Source: Balanoglossus misakiensis (lineage: Eukaryota; Animalia; Hemichordata). Taken from it: a DNA stretch of 64,000 nt. A program made the translations under genes and the position numbers. Location: contig CM082591.2 of assembly GCA_040954595.2 (NCBI GenBank), positions 3,829,957 through 3,893,956 on the forward strand. The letters are read 5' to 3'. The notes beneath the pieces were generated by a model that was not told the origin of the DNA, searched no databases, and worked only from the letters and a program-made list of their open reading frames with translations. Positions 62,154 through 64,000 of this stretch are shown here, in pieces (position 1 is the first letter of the stretch; every line of letters starts with the position of its first letter).

Positions 62154-63894
62154 TATGCATGCTAATTCTTTGCAAACGATCAACAAAATCTGGACGGTTT
62201 CGCCAAATCTTCCCGGACGGATCCCTTCTCCACTGACCAATGCATGGAACGCATTCCCGAAATTCGAGGAACCCGGCGTTCCATATCACCGTGGATTCCA
62301 TTTGTGACGCGCGGCGCCGCGTCCGCGTCCACCGCCAGCGAAGTCGGCGAGCGTCCGTACGCGTGCCCACTCTAGCCGAGCGTAGATGATGGATCTATGT
62401 ACGATTGAAAATTGAAAGTATTATCATTTCTTTTAATTGTGGATTTGATTCGAGTGAGAAGTTATCAAAATTATATTTGTTCGATAATTATTGGCTCAGA
62501 AGTTTTATACGAGTGTCACATCATGGCAACAGAACAATATAGTCAATATCACCAAGGAAAACGAGTTGGCCTGTAGCCTGTGCATTTAGAAATTGGCCTC
62601 CATATGCATGTAGTAGTCGTAACGTTTGGTTGCGTGTTATGAAATTCCAGTGTTCAGCTTTTTTCATGTTTTCAACACAATATGCAAATGGTGGTGGTGG
62701 TGGTAATGGTGGTGACGAGGAGGAGGGGGAGGGGGAGGACAAACCACTACCCCAGAAAAGTTTTGAGCCGTGACCTTTATAAGTTCTCTTCACCGAAACT
62801 ACTTTGTTCCTAGTTACCCACGCAAGCTCTCTTTGTCAAGTAATTTGACAGGGAGACATTTACTTGGCAGAATTTCAGTCGTCCAAAGTACTAGTGACAT
62901 CACGCGTATTCTTAATCCCATCCTCCTGTTTTATCTAACGCGAATAACAAAGGATACAAAGTACAATGTTCTAAAACAAATAATATAAGCTGTCGTCTGT
63001 TGGTCGATATTGCGCGTCTACAACATTCACACTCATGAGCGATTAGGGGGTCGTTATAATTTTATCATCTTCAGAAGGGTCGTCATTTTTGTAGTGGGTA
63101 GGGTGTTTATTTACTTTCGGTCAAACAATAAGTATTTGCCGGCCCACCCCCGCTATAATAAATGAACGCTCCCTTTATGGTGTATGCAACCTGGCTAACT
63201 AGCAACAGCTACGTACATGCATAGACAGTAGACTCTACTGTCTATGATACATGTAATTATAAATACAATGGCCACTGACAGTCGTGTCAATAAGATGACA
63301 GTCGCACAAAATCTGGCCTAAATAACAACGGCCAAACAATGTAACTAAACAAAAAATGTATATCACGACCTGTGACATCAGTGTGGGTGTGTGTGATTTC
63401 AACAAAGACCTTCAGTGACAGGGTACTATGTACTCTGGTCACATGACCCCCTGACGTCCCTGGCATAGTTCGATGCCATACCAAATAAAAGTATAGTTTC
63501 GCATCACCATATCAGGGCGAAGAAAAGAGAATCACAAATTGCAAACATGCGATCAATTTTTTTAAGAGTCTCGTCGTGCATTGTAAATGTAACCTTCTTT
63601 TTAATATGTTGGTGCTAGCTGTAAAGCGAATGATGGGAAAGCCCATTCCATGAATTGTAACAAAAACTGTTTAGCGTGTGGCTGCAAGGTTAACAATGGG
63701 CGATTTTACATACAATAGGATTAACCAGCTCTCTCCACAGTTATACTGGGCCGGGACGTTGGCGAGACAGGACCTTGTTCGCATAAAGTTCTCGCTTCTT
63801 ATCTAACCCCCTGTCTTTTTGGTAGATATAAGGGTGCGACCCCAGTGTGTGGTTCATCCAGTAGGACACCCGGTGACTAACACAGAACTTCGCC

Positions 63895-63996
63895 ATGACC
63901 AAGACGACCCTACTGCAGGTTTTAGTCGTGACGCTGCTCTGCTACGATGTCTTGGCAGACGTTGTGGACGGTGGCGACAACACACATTTTAAGAAG
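63895..63996 (+). CDS. First coding exon of a secreted protein (continues beyond the window)
   Basis: TATA-like GATATAAG near 63825, Kozak GCCATG, signal-peptide-like MTKTTLLQVLVVTLLCYDVLA, donor AAG|GTGA at 63997. Confidence 0.65.
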
Positions 63997-64000
63997 GTGA

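Overview
Gene-dense, AT-rich animal genomic DNA with spliceosomal introns. Gene content suggests an invertebrate deuterostome, such as a hemichordate or echinoderm (inference only). In order: an intronless TRIM2/3-like RING-B-box-filamin-NHL gene (+); a divergent two-exon DMRT gene (-); a small three-exon C4orf45/SPMIP2-like gene (+) that the ORF track mostly misses; a BCO/RPE65-family carotenoid oxygenase (-); a secreted plant/fungal-type polyamine oxidase (-); ERGIC2 (+); APAF1 (-) head-to-head with DNAJC24 (+); an intronless class A GPCR lacking R3.50 (-); an arylsulfatase B-like gene (-); a two-RRM RNA-binding protein (-); and the first exon of a secreted protein at the right edge (+). Repeats include two arrays of an 88-bp palindromic satellite flanking ERGIC2 (one split by a 489-bp solo LTR with an ATAG target-site duplication), 46-bp and 52-bp minisatellites, and several MITE/foldback families. 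The most unexplained structure is 26.7-31.9 kb: four apparent exons whose introns are filled with tandem arrays and palindromes, a candidate lncRNA or alternative ERGIC2 3' end. No new multi-gene system can be demonstrated from sequence alone. Exon models were built by hand, and family assignments rest on remembered motifs, not database searches.
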